DNA of 58,645 nt, filler included, from Sphacelaria rigidula (Eukaryota), in NCBI GenBank assembly GCA_964200075.2. It is 3 parts of 3 records of this genome, joined end to end, with 100 filler letters (N's around TTAATTAATTAA, not from the genome) between each part and the next. Parts side by side here need not be neighbours in the genome. Positions count along the whole stretch, not along the records: positions 1 to 19,484 come from CAXNAA020000661.1; 2 more parts are not named here. The stretch is one strand, 5' to 3'. Of the stretch, positions 1-11,107 are shown piece by piece. Below the pieces are notes generated by a model. That model searched no databases, had not been told where the DNA came from, and saw nothing but the letters and a program-made list of their open reading frames with translations. Within the stretch, counting starts at the first letter, position 1; every line of letters starts with the position of its first letter. The position numbers and the translations under genes were made by a program.

Positions 1-486
1 CCCCCCCACCCCCCCTCCCGCCCCCAAGCCTGCTCGGGCGAGAACCCGGCGTGCTCCGTCCCAGCTTTTTAGGGGCAGACCCCCGATGGGGTTGGCGTCG
101 GTTGGCGACGACGATATAAAGCACGCCACACCCTGCGAAAGCTAGGTAACCGGGTTACCGATTTGATTTTTTGCGCACTTGCGTTTTTTTTGCGGTAACT
201 GATGGTAGTCGAGATAGTCTATGTTGTGCGGCGTGGAGAACTCCGTACAAAGGGGATAACCGTGCTACGTAGTGTTCAAATGGTGAGACATCCATGAGAC
301 AGTGTAAAAGCCGTGGCTGTCTCTGGAGGTGGCGATACCAGAAAATGAAGCAACTCATCGGAGGCTGTCATTCAAATGCAAGATAATCAGCAGAATTTGG
401 GCCGAACAATCTCGGCAGAATGCAGCTCACCCTTCATGACTCGCCGGACACACCATGGCGCTTCGCGCTCGGTGATTGATTGCGAG

Positions 487-600
487 CCTGGTCCGGCGAA
501 ATAAACCCGGCGTGCTCCGCCCCGGCTTTGTAGGGATGCGAGGTCAATGATTTCATGACGGCATTGCAAGTTCATGAGTATCCCCCCCCTCTCCTCGGGA
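487..600 (-). repeat. Dispersed repeat fragment, possibly a retroelement gag-region remnant; related copies at ~30-80 (-) and ~5680-5790 (+)
   Basis: The core TACAAAGCCGGGGCGGAGCACGCCG is shared with ~5746-5771 in inverted orientation, and a diverged version lies at 30-80. One frame reads HPYKAGAEHAGF / HLYKAGAEHAEF / KAGTEHAGF. The gag identity is inferred only from position upstream of the Gypsy pol. Confidence 0.4.
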
Positions 601-1530
601 ATCTTCCGATGCATTAGGCAGGATAGAAAAACGATGGCTACACTAGAGGATATTGGTGGCCATAGACGGGAAAACAGGACGTGGATGATATACAAAAAAG
701 TTTTGCTGTAACGTATGGACGAAACGCAATGAGCACCCAATTGCTGGAGGTGTCTCCGTTAGGAGTAGGAGTGGTGCTCCGTCTCAAAAGTCACCCGTGA
801 TCAATGGTCAAACGACTGAGGCAAGCAAACAAATGAGGACGCCAAATGAGTACGCCCCCCTCCTCGGGACGAGTCCGTAGTCTTGACGGGTGAGCTCAGC
901 TCTCTTCTTCTGGTACGTGTCTGGCATTCTGGTTTTGTGGATTGTTCCTGCCAGTACTCTTGCACCGTGTTATCTTTTTTTGTTATCAGGTTTTCGTTTA
1001 TGCTACCCACGTCCTCGCGTATGCTCAACCCCGCAAATCATGCACTCCTCAGGAGAAAAAACGTGCTGTATCTGATGCAAACCTCGTTGGTCCACCGGGG
1101 CGCAGCGGAGATCCAATGGCTTCTTTACCACCATGTGGCGGAGCCACGCGAGCGTACGCACGCACATCCAATGTCGTGTATTGCATCCCATGCCCAACCG
1201 CATGCACAACTGCTGTATCCTTGTGTTTCGCTGAGACGCTATTGGGGATAGGTAGCAAGACCCAGGGCGCGTTGCACTGCCGAGAGGAAAGCACGCTAGC
1301 GTAATATTGACGGTTACGATGCACTGACTTCCTGCGTTCTTCGAGAATGTCTCTGTCTGGTTTGATGCACTTGCCGCTCTTTGACTTTGTTCTTTGCGTG
1401 ATTGTAGCTTTGAATGACGACACCGTGCCTGTCATAGCCGTAGATGAGGGTCTTCCAGCGGCGTTGTTGGCAAAGCTGTCGTTTGCCCAGGAATTGTAAT
1501 CAAGCACGACCTATAATTATTGTTGTGATA

Positions 1531-2001
1531 TATATGGACATGCGTCACTCCACATTTTCCACCACTTCTGCCGAGTTTTCTCTGGCGGCAAGGCATTTTT
1601 TCCCGCGCTTTCTTCTGCAGTGCACGAAGAAGGCTCAGCGGTACATTACCGTTCAGGTTTGGGTGTCATCTGATACCCGTGGCGCGTGCTCTGGCCACCG
1701 AAAGTCGCTCAAATTGGCCCTTTTTCGCGGGGTGTCGATCCCGAACGACAAAAGCCTTTTCAAGATAATGGAAAACTTGAAACAGGAATCCGAACCACAA
1801 AAGCCTGTTGAAGATCATGTGAAACTTCAAACATGAATACTTTTGACGGGGTATTTTTTAGCTGTGTTCCTCTTGGTCGCGTTCTCGTTCATTTGGGAGA
1901 ACGAACACACCGGTCATGCCGCCAATGTCAGGAGAACATGAGAACAAAGCAGTTGAAAACAATTGATCATTGCCTTGGCCTTAGTCAGTAGCAAACACAA
2001 G
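1531..2001 (+). repeat. Interspersed repeat family B, copy 1 (inverted relative to copies 2 and 3, truncated)
   Basis: Aligns by eye over ~450 bp with the reverse complement of 13552-14022 and 14898-15354, e.g. GTTCAGGTTTGGGTGTCATCTG and TTTTTCGCGGGGTGTCGATCCCGAAC. Confidence 0.85.
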
Positions 2002-2621
2002 ACCGTGCAATGAGCCGTTGGCGAGTTGTACAAGGCACAGCAGCACGGCAGCACAGGAATATTTTGCCGCAAAAAAACAGCCACCCTGTTTGAAAAAAAA
2101 GCCCGGTGATGTGGAAGCCATGGTGGCATGAAATCATTTCAGACAAGAACCACTACTCTGCGGAATGAATGGCTAGGTAGGAAGCCAGCTAGGCGACATT
2201 ATCTGGCAACACCATAAACTATACCGTACAGTTCAGTAAGTCTGCAACCATCGGTTTGGAGGCCTCGGAGATTTCTATACTATTCATCTTCGAAACAAGA
2301 CCCTGCAGTACAGTAAGTCCGCAACCATGAGTTCGGAGGGCTCTAGGGTTCTTCCCGAACACAAGAATAATTTCATGCACGTGCACTAACGACTACCGCA
2401 CGCGAGCGGTTTATGTGACTGGGCAGGTAGGTAGCTAGGTAACATTACCTGGCAGCACCACCAACTTCGACTTCGGTCGTACTATATCAGCGTTTTCTCT
2501 CTCGGGCGGGGCTCAAAAATGCAGTATCCTACAAGCGCGGATACTAGCACCCAAATCACGTAGTACGTGGAGTTGTAACAGAAAAGGCCCGGTGAAAAGT
2601 TCGGCCGGTTGAAAAAAAACT

Positions 2622-2991
2622 CAACTCTCATGTGCAGCGGAAAAACAGAGCACTGAAAGAACATATCCGCGAGCTTCCCAAGTGACAAAGAACATGCCAG
2701 GAATGTTCCACGCACTCCAACAGCCAGCCAAAGCCACTCTTTTGTCCAGAGAAGTGCAAACTCTCATGTGCAGCGAAAAAGCGAAGCACTGAAAGAACAT
2801 ATCCGCGAGCTTCCCAAGTGACAAAGAACATGCCAGGAATGTTCCACGCATTCCAACAGCCAGCCAAAGCCACTCTCTTGTCCAGAGAAATGCAAACTCT
2901 TGTGTGCAGCGAAGAAGCGAAGCACTGAAAGAACATACCCGCGAGCTTCCCAAGTGACAAAGAACATGCCAAGAATGTTCCACGCATTCCA
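2622..2991. repeat. 136-bp tandem repeat, ~2.7 units
   Basis: The anchor ACTCTC/TTGTGCAGCG region recurs at 2624, 2760 and 2896. The internal CCGCGAGCTTCCCAAGTGACAAAGAACATGCCA is present in all three units. Confidence 0.92.
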
Positions 2992-3111
2992 ATTTTTCGG
3001 CAAGTGCCTCCCGCGGCCATGTCTTTGGGGCACGAGAGCTACTTCGCACTTTGTCACCTCGGGAATACCACACACGTCCTACGCCGGCGGTTCCGCCGTC
3101 GGCCTAGGTTA

Positions 3112-3128
3112 CCCTAACCCTAACCCTA
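3112..3128 (+). repeat. Interstitial telomere-like seed (CCCTAA)x~3, preceded by a GC-rich imperfect hairpin
   Basis: CCCTAACCCTAACCCTA at 3112-3128. GCCGGCGGTTCCGCCGTCGGC at 3083-3103. Confidence 0.7.
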
Positions 3129-5405
3129 CAGTAAGAGGATCGGGCTTTTAAATGGTGTCCCACACGTCCACATCGTTGTACATTCGGGATTTATCGTTGC
3201 TGCCACAGGGCAACCTCCTCCAGTCTTTGATATTGCATTGCCTCATCGCGGTGATGGTAACAACCAGACTGCTTCCGGCGACAAGAATGGTGGTGGTTAT
3301 GGAGATCGCGGTGACAGAGGCTCCAACAGCGGTGACGGTGACAGCGGCCGTGGCGGCCACAATGACAACAACCATGATTACCATGACGAGCAACATCCGC
3401 CAGGAAATGGGGAATTAGCAGGGCTCTTCACGTTACACGTTACACGTTACGTCACAAATGCGACCTATGAAAATTATACGTTACGTCACGTCACATTTTT
3501 GTACGGATACGTTACGTTACGTCACACGTGTGACGTATTAAAAAATTTTACGTTACGTTACGTCACAGTGACGTATTTTGAAACGTTTCACGTAACGTAG
3601 CGTATTTGATACGTTACACGTCACAATTCACGTTACACGTCACATTATTGTACGTTTGTGACGTGTAACGTATTTTGAAACGTTCCGTTTGTGACGTGCG
3701 ACGTAATTTGGAACGTTATTGTGACGTGTAGCTAATAATATATGTCACGTTTGTGACGTGTCACGTAAAATGAAACGTTACACTTCTACCGTGTTGAGGG
3801 CAAATCAACGCTACGTACAATGTTGTAAGGTTTCATGTGCCGCAACTTGGTACAGGAGGCTCACTGTGGCTGCCTTGTTTGAGCACGACGCGCGTTCTGC
3901 TCGCTATGTTCACATGTGAGAATGCGTTTCAGGTAGTATATCGCCCATGCGTCCCTGACCCACACGTTGAAATTTCAAAGAAATACATACGTACATTATC
4001 AATGCACGATAATAATCAGATAGTGAGATACCAAGATGCGCGCAGGCCATGATGTACACATACAAACGCAACTATGTACAGATCATACGTTAGTGATACC
4101 TGGTAGTCGGTTGGCATTTTGAAGGACACCCAACACATAGCAATCCGATTTTGTATCGTTATAATTATTTGTTCTCTCAGCAGGGCGTGTATACAGAAGA
4201 TCTATATTCTATATACAGTTTATAAGACAGGTGAACTGTAATCCGGTACGAATCCAGCCGCGTTCGCAGGGCGGACATCATGAAGGTAAAAACACATGAT
4301 GACTCATTGTGCCAAGAATAGAGACAAACTTACACAAAGCCGTTCGAACAGAGACGGACGGCAGAAAAACAGAAAAAGAAAACAACACCAACATAAGAAA
4401 ACGAAGCAAAATCAACGAAATAAAGAACAAAACTACAGAACAGCAGTGGAGCCACCGAATTTGTCCACGAGGTCACAAGCTCGTGTCATCCTTCGCACGT
4501 CTTCAAGGGCACAAGGTCTCTGATTACTTCGTAGTCCATATTTTGATACTAGTGACACCAATAAGTAAAACGGCACACGGCAACTCAAAATAATGCATAC
4601 TATGGTTGGGTGTGGTGTGGTGGTGCTTGCTGGCGTGGCGCTGAACTTGCGCTTACATCGCGTGCGTAGTATGATGACGTATACTCTTCTTGAACCCATG
4701 TATCATATCATGCGAGTATCGCATATGCTAATCTCAGACTGATTGTGATATAAGTTGAGCGTATGACGGTCGTGGCGTTTATTCAGACGTCACAAACGTA
4801 TAATAATGTGACGTGTAACGTATAAAACACGTTACACGTTACGGGAAACGTTTCAAAATATGCTACTGTGAGGTAAAAGAAAATACGTCACGTCACGTCA
4901 CACCCTTTTGACGTACGTTTGTGACGTGTAACGTACGTGTAACGTGTAACGTAAAGAGCCCTGGGAATTATTCTATGAAATTGGAGACGGAGCTTGGTTG
5001 CTAGGATGTATTGCCCGACGAGTTTTCAACGACCCAAATGCGCACATACTAGTGAGAGTGCAACTTATCCAACACATTTCCGAACACCTTCATGATCCAA
5101 TTCGAGATTCGGGGGGAAAGACACTGCACGCTCCAATATCGGCTGGAACTGATTTGAACAGATACGGACTGCTGGTTGTCCCGACCAAAGGTACCATAGG
5201 AGTTCAACTTTACCTTCAGCTCAAGTTGCATCTATACGCATATGCCACACATGTCGAAATCATTGCCGCCCAACAGTTGTACAACCTTCACATCCGTGTT
5301 ACTCAAGTTGGTGAACCTTATCCAGAGCCACCATCCGATAACACATGCCATGTTTTGTACAGCCACGATCACTATTGTACGTTGAGATACAACACCCTCT
5401 CTTGA
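3124..5405 (+). pseudogene. OTU-like cysteine protease (deubiquitinase-fold) ORF, interrupted by a hAT-like insertion; coding parts 3124-3417 and 4971-5405
   Basis: Removing 3419-4963 and one TSD copy gives a continuous frame: ...HPPGNGEL|FYEIGDGAWLLGCIARRVFNDPNAHILVRVQLIQHI...YATHVEIIAAQQLYNLHIRV...VLYSHDHY. This matches the OTU pattern (GDGNCLF.A box, W/Y-x3-EI-x-A, terminal LY..xHY). The catalytic Cys position is TGG (Trp). Confidence 0.72.
3419..4963. mobile_element. Non-autonomous hAT-like DNA transposon, 1545 bp
   Basis: TIRs CAGGGCTCTTCACGTTACACGTTACACGT (3419) and ACGTGTAACGTGTAACGTAAAGAGCCCTG (ends 4963). 8-bp TSD GGAATTAG (3411-3418) / GGAATTAT (4964-4971). Dense subterminal ACGT-core repeats. 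No transposase ORF seen. Confidence 0.9.
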
Positions 5406-5469
5406 CCATATATTTTCGACTTGCGTCACCCCCGGGAGGCCCGTACCAATCTCCCGAAGGGGAACCTTG
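5395..5469 (+). mobile_element. Helitron-like 3' terminus (hairpin + CTTG|T), family C
   Basis: TATTTTCGACTTGCGTCACCCCCGGGAGGCCCGTACCAATCTCCCGAAGGGGAACCTTG|T. Near-identical inverted copies at 12048-12108 and 14028-14107. Confidence 0.6.
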
Positions 5470-7030
5470 TAGATATGTATTGTTTTAATTCAGACTGGAC
5501 TCAATTGGCGAGCACTTCTCAGGATATAACGTTGGGTTCAGCAAAAGTGTAGATATTGTATGTACGTCCTGAGAAAGGAAAGGTACGAAAACCCTATGGT
5601 AATGTAGCCGTCATCAAATCCTACCTTACAAGTGGGTTGTTGTTGCTGTAGATGAGAGGGAATGATCTCATGACGACGGGCGAGGGGGATGGAGTGCACT
5701 CATGATCTTGCATGCCGTAGTCATATCATAATTGACCTTTCATCTCTACAAAGCCGGGGCGGAGCACGCCGAGTTTTCGCCGCACCAGGTTTGTGACGAC
5801 GACGGGGAATTGTCGGAGGCGGCGCAATGGGTTGTTCCAGACCCATAGTATCCGCTCGTCAAAATTTGTTGAAACGTGTCCCTTCAGCTTGTCGCAAGCT
5901 ACACACATCGACCGAAACGATTGCACACGTCCTAAAATCGCTTTAAGTCGGGTTAACTCATATTCGTATAAATCAGCTGATACGATGTTTCTCAGCGGTA
6001 CCATATCCCACTATCTGACTTTTATGGTGTAGCTCGTGTAAGTCAGCGATCGGTTGATCCCTTGAGACCACGGACTCTCCCTGAGGCAATAGAGTGGTTA
6101 CACGTGTGAGGAAAAGAGCAAAGTGGTACACACCATACGGGACAACTTGCCCTGTTGAAATGGTGGCGTCCCTCTAATCGATTCCTCCTATTTTGAAGAC
6201 TACAACTGACATTAAACTCAACGGTACCTTTTCCCACTGGATGGGTTATACCACATAACTGATTCATCTCTTGAGTTGTCCGACGTGTGAACAATTGTCC
6301 ATCAACCATCACACTTCTACGCCACTTCGAGAAAGCTGGACGATCGCACACTTCCATAGATCACCCTCTAGCCACAAACGCCAACCATGATCACAACCAC
6401 ATGACGAGGCATCGTACGAGAGCCCTACAATATCTCCAGCGACAAAAACGGCTGAATGCAGAGCACCGGATGGTCATCTACCCGGTAGAAACCGATGGGA
6501 AACCCATATCAATCATACACATGCAATTATTTGTATCATGCAAGATCCGGATCCTACATCCAACCACTGTGGCAAACATTCCCGCGTCCGTCGCCTCGTC
6601 AGAGGTACGATACATATCATGGACAATAGTGACGGACAATTCGATTGATGTCGCTAGAGTCATACAACATACGATCCGGTGATATTAATGATTCAACTGA
6701 CGTCATCAGGTCGGGAAGAACGTGAATTGATTGCCGCCAGATGCCTTTAGTTCGAAATGCCTCATTCAAGTTTCAGCTTCGTTACGAGCGAAGGAAAATG
6801 GGTATTCCTTTTTGTTTCGTTGCGAATCATGGCGCCGACCTTCTCTCATTTTGGACCAAAAGGTGACCTCTCAGTGTACATTTCCGATTTGATCACCTGT
6901 TCTTCGACGTGGTGAAGTAATCTAACTCTACATGAAGACGTTTAAACCGCTGAAAAAAAACAGGTGTGACTCCAAAGCCATCAAAAGTACGGTCTAGACC
7001 AAAATAGGCCAAGTATCTCGGTCGCACATT

Positions 7031-7349
7031 GAGGTGACCTGAAGTTTTGGTCGTATATCTATGGTCGATCTTTTGGAACGAACTAACAATAACGCCAACC
7101 CTAACCCCGACCCAAGACATACGAGACCCTCGGGCAAGGGGGGTGCATAGGTTATCCTGGGCAAAGTGTGCATTGGAAGACCTGAAATCGACGCCGCAGG
7201 CGCCGATTTCGAGAAAGACACGTTCTGAACGAGCTGACTTCACTGCTCACCTGCTCCAAACCATATTTTTTCTCAGAACTGTCTCAAGTCTAGGATCAAG
7301 TAGTCATGTTGTCAACCATAGTTATATGACCAAAGCTGTAGGTCTACTG
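7031..7349 (+). mobile_element. MITE-like element, family D copy 1, inserted in the Gypsy RT
   Basis: Ends GAGGTG...CTACTG. Recessed IRs ACCTGAAGTTTTGGTCGTATATCTATGGT / ACCATAGTTATATGACCAAAGCTGTAGGT. Flanking duplication GCACATT(G)/GCAAATTG. Excision restores the RT reading KYLGRTL|SAGGIKIG. Confidence 0.8.
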
Positions 7350-8824
7350 GCAAATTGTCTGCCGGCGGTATCAAAATAGGGCAAGGCCGCATTAAAGTCA
7401 TACTAGACTTTCGCAAACTATGCAACATCAAACAAATACGCTCAGTACTTGGTACGATCAACTTTGCAAGAAAATGCATTCCGTACTTGGCGGGAGTAAG
7501 TGCGCCATTGGTAGATCTTACAAAAAAGAGAGTCAGCCAGAGAAGTGGCGGAACGTTCGAAATCAGAACATGACGCAGCCTTCGCAGAAGGAAAACGGAT
7601 TTCGACGAACGCTCCGGTATTACAGTTATCAGATTTTTCGAGAGAATTTATCATCCAAGTAGATGCGTCAGAGGAAGGATCCGGCTCGATTATAACCCAT
7701 AATAAAACCGACGATGTTGCGACCATAGAATGTTTCAGCCAACGTTTCAACGTGCCCAGCGGGCACTACTCTGCTACACTCAGGGGATGTCACTCCGTGG
7801 TGTTAGCGGTACAACATTGGCGCCCCTTCTTGTGTGGGGCCGACATTGTACTTGTGCGGCATATCATGCTGCATTGACATAACTGTATGCGGGACGCAGG
7901 CAACATGTTGACCAGTGGTGCAATAGCACTGCAGTTTACGACTTCACGGCGCAACTCGAACCGGGAAAAGTAACCGTCATACTGGACACTCTGTCACGAC
8001 TCGTTAAATTCGAGCAGCAACGGGAAAGTGAATTCAAACCCCCTGCTCGCGCCAATCTGTCGTACTTAATATCCCAGATGACCCCGTGTTGCACACAGCG
8101 AAACCACCAGCCGTTTCAAAGTTCGGCGGGGAAAACCGACAACTTGAGACCAGTGCAGGGTGACGGAACTTTCACCGTCAACTCAATATACGCAAGCGCA
8201 ACAAATATTTTAACGACTGTCGACCAATAAAAGTTGCGAACCGAACAGACGAACGAATAGGGCTTGTACATTCAGTATTTGACTGATAACGAAGGTAACA
8301 ATACCGATAAAGAGAGACGCTGACCTCCATGTCCTACTCGTCCGTCCAAGAGGGTATTTTGTTCAAAGTCGTACTTGTCAGGAACCCTCCGAAAAAGAAA
8401 CCTGTATCTCGACCAATTAGTGGTACCCAGGCGCTCAGGTAGGGTTGGTTTTGCACTCGTATCACGATCATGCGTTGTCCGGAGGTCACGTATTTTAGCA
8501 TTCAAACCGATATACGAAACACTCAAGCAGAAGTACAGGTGGACAACCATCAGTAACGATGTCCGCAGATGGTGCTCCGAGTGTCAGTCAGGCCAGCGCC
8601 GCGAAACGGCTCATAACCGTCCAAAATTGCCTGTAGGTCACATATCAGTGGACAGGCCGTTCGAGCGAGTATCAATAGATCGGGTGGAATGCAAAACAAT
8701 TTCGAATTTGTCCCCCAAGATACTGCAAATGTGTGACGTCCGCCATTGACCGCCTCGTGCGCTATGCACTGTTTGTGCCGATTCCAAACAAATAAGCCAT
8801 CACGGTAGCATAAGTACTGGTCGA

Positions 8825-9214
8825 GGGTGATGCTGCGTTAGCCCCCCCCCCCCCCCCCCCCAAAAAAGACGCGGTGGGGGGGGAACAAGAAAACCATTAA
8901 CAACAAAAAAAAAAAAAAGANNNNNNNNNNGAAGGAGAGAAAGAGGTGGGGGGGGGGTCGGCGGGGCGCCCCCCCCCCCCCCCCCCCAAGAAAAATGTCT
9001 GGTTTGAGGAGGAAAAATCTACCTGTAGACCAAAATGACAAGATACGAGCACACGGAGCAGTTGGGAACACCCATGCCTGGGATCGTTTTCGCCAATATC
9101 GCCAATATGAGGGGCTTTATGGATTCTGAAACCAGTTGTCATGCGCGGGTATGACCATTTTCTTCGTGTTAATTTTGGGGCTGATTTGGGGGGGTGGCTA
9201 CCGTGTCATTACTC
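8825..9214. mobile_element. MITE with 4-bp TSD and GRG termini (Sola2-like) inserted in the Gypsy integrase; interior is low quality and contains a 10-N gap
   Basis: Imperfect TIRs GGGTGATGCTGCGTTAGCCCCC and (rc) GAGTAATGACACGGTAGCCACCCC. TCGA at 8821-8824 and 9215-9218. The integrase reading resumes on the right side. Confidence 0.62.
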
Positions 9215-10263
9215 TCGACTGAGTTTTCACAATTTTTGGCACACCAGAAAAGTTGCTTTCTGATCATGGCAATGAGTTTTGGGACCGCTTAGTACATCAA
9301 TTGCGAACGCTCAAGTCGTGAGAACACACGCAAAAGGCCGTTCCGCTCTAAAGGCGAATCAGTTTCAGGGAGAGTGCCCTCTCATTTGCACGCCACGTAA
9401 GCTGTGCATTGCTCCGTCAAACAGGACCACTGGGCGACTATGCTACCCTTTGTATACAGATGGCGTATAAGACATCGTTCAACACCACAGCGCAGGAAAC
9501 CCCGTACTATCTCATGTTCGGGCGTCAGCCGGAATTGCCAGTTGAGATTATCCTCAATAGGTATTCCCGGTGAGGTTTACACTGCCAATACTGAAGAATA
9601 CACCAAAGAGGGAAAAACTACTTGCAGCTGGCTTTTGTACTCGCATGGCGTAACTTGAAAAAACGAGTAGACAAGCAGAAACAAGAAGTGACAAGCTGAA
9701 GCCATACCCGGTCTTTGCACCTAGCCAAAAACGTATTACTTTATCGGCCACACCAAGGCGCAGATGGTCCAAATCCAAAAATAGTGCCTTCGTGACGGAA
9801 TTCGTGCACAATTTTGTTCCCAGTTCTCAGGTATCTCCATGGTATACGAGTACATAGTCAAGTTAGGCAATAATGCTATTTAATTAAACGAAGCAAAATA
9901 CGGGTTTTGGGCAATGCCATCGATATGCCCTCAAAACGCAGTCCCCTCGGCCTAGACCGCGTGAGACGTCATTGGATGCATATGTTGACACCTAGATACG
10001 CTCACTTCCTGCTGGGTGGCTCCTGCCCCGGCAAACGAACACATCGATCCGTTTTGCGCACCTCTGGATGATGTCATTCTACGCGGTACCTATCTTGGTA
10101 TCGCCTGTAGAGGTGCTCACTTCAGGAGACACGGCCGTGCAAGCGCTGTTAGTGTATTTACGTGCTGAAACTTCGACCACACGTCATGTAGACCACAGAC
10201 AACAACCCTATCTTGCTGAATCTGGGGTTGCGCGGTGTGTGCGTGCGTATTGGGGCGAAAAGA

Positions 10264-11107
10264 TGTCGGGTTCTGTTCCGAATTTTTATTCATGTTTTCT
10301 GTTAGCATAAGACTGGTAGAGGGACATTGATGAAGTTTAGTGATTATTGTTTACTCAATACCCAGTATAGGGGATATGACGCGTTCAAATACAGGCGAGT
10401 GTGGATGTATCACAGACATACACATACAAAGTTTAGTTCCTACAAGTATCACTCTCTCGAATATTCCCCTCGATCTCTCGAAGAGAGACTGGAGGCGCAT
10501 CAAAGCGGGGGGGTGCGGTGGAAGCCACCCTTGTCCATGTGTGGAGTGAGTACTTGTATGACATGTAAACCGGAGATGAGGCCATCACGGGAATGCATCC
10601 AACCGTGGACTGTTTGAGAGGCCCGAAACTCTCATCTGTACAGCCGAAGTTCCGGGATCCTAGGTAACAGGATCTCGACGGTACAAAGAGCTCAACAAAG
10701 CAGGAGCCATCGTCGAACTCTGGGGAGTCACAGCTGTTCTGTGCCCCGTGCAGATCGACTTCAACAGCCTATCACCCAGGTCACGGCCAATTCTTGCCTA
10801 AATATCAAGGAAGTAAATGCGCCTCGCGTGGAGATCCTTCGGGAAGAGTTATCCTCGGCAACATCCTTAACCTTAGCGAAGTAGCGGTTCTACATGGTTG
10901 AACAAAAGCTAAGAAATAGAGCTTGAGCCTTCGCCCGAAAGATTGCCCACTAATCGTTTCCCAACCATTACCCGGTAGCCCCGCCATCCCTCTCATGTGT
11001 ATGTTTCAGACGTGAGCCCTATCGCTAGCCTCAGCTGAAGGAAGCTGACACTATCTTACCCTTTCCCCCACGGCCTCTGTGGACTTCCTGGATCGGTGCA
11101 GATAACA
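10264..11107 (+). mobile_element. Putative 3' LTR of the Gypsy element
   Basis: A purine-rich tract GGGGCGAAAAGA (10252-10263) lies directly before TGTCGGG, and the candidate end is ...GATAACA at 11107. No second LTR copy is present in the window to confirm it. Confidence 0.4.

Larger units (their letters stand above)
6620..9850 (+). mobile_element. Degraded Ty3/Gypsy LTR retrotransposon pol (RT, RNase H, integrase) with frameshifts, stops and two MITE insertions
   Basis: RT remnants FSFVTSEGKWVF (~6772), GVTPKPSKV..KYLG (~6960-7025) and IRSVLGTINFARKCIPYLAGVSAPLVDLTKK. RNase H APVLQLSDFSREFIIQVDAS...YSAT...LAVQHWRPFL. Integrase zinc region LKQKYRWTTISNDVRRWCSECQS, then RPFERVSID, FGTPEKLLSDHGNEF and TPYYLMFGRQP. 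The order RT-RH-IN defines Gypsy. Confidence 0.9.

Noticed and set aside
2622-2991. CRISPR-like array or repeat-protein ORFs
   Set aside because: Units are contiguous 136-mers without unique spacers, and the period is not a multiple of 3, so the overlapping ORFs are shadows.
3112-3128. True chromosome end
   Set aside because: Only ~3 units, internal, and similar seeds occur inside dispersed repeats.
4126-4614. Possible nested element bounded by ACACCCAAC(A)CATAG / CTATGGTTGGGTGT
   Set aside because: The IR is short and imperfect, and no TSD was found.
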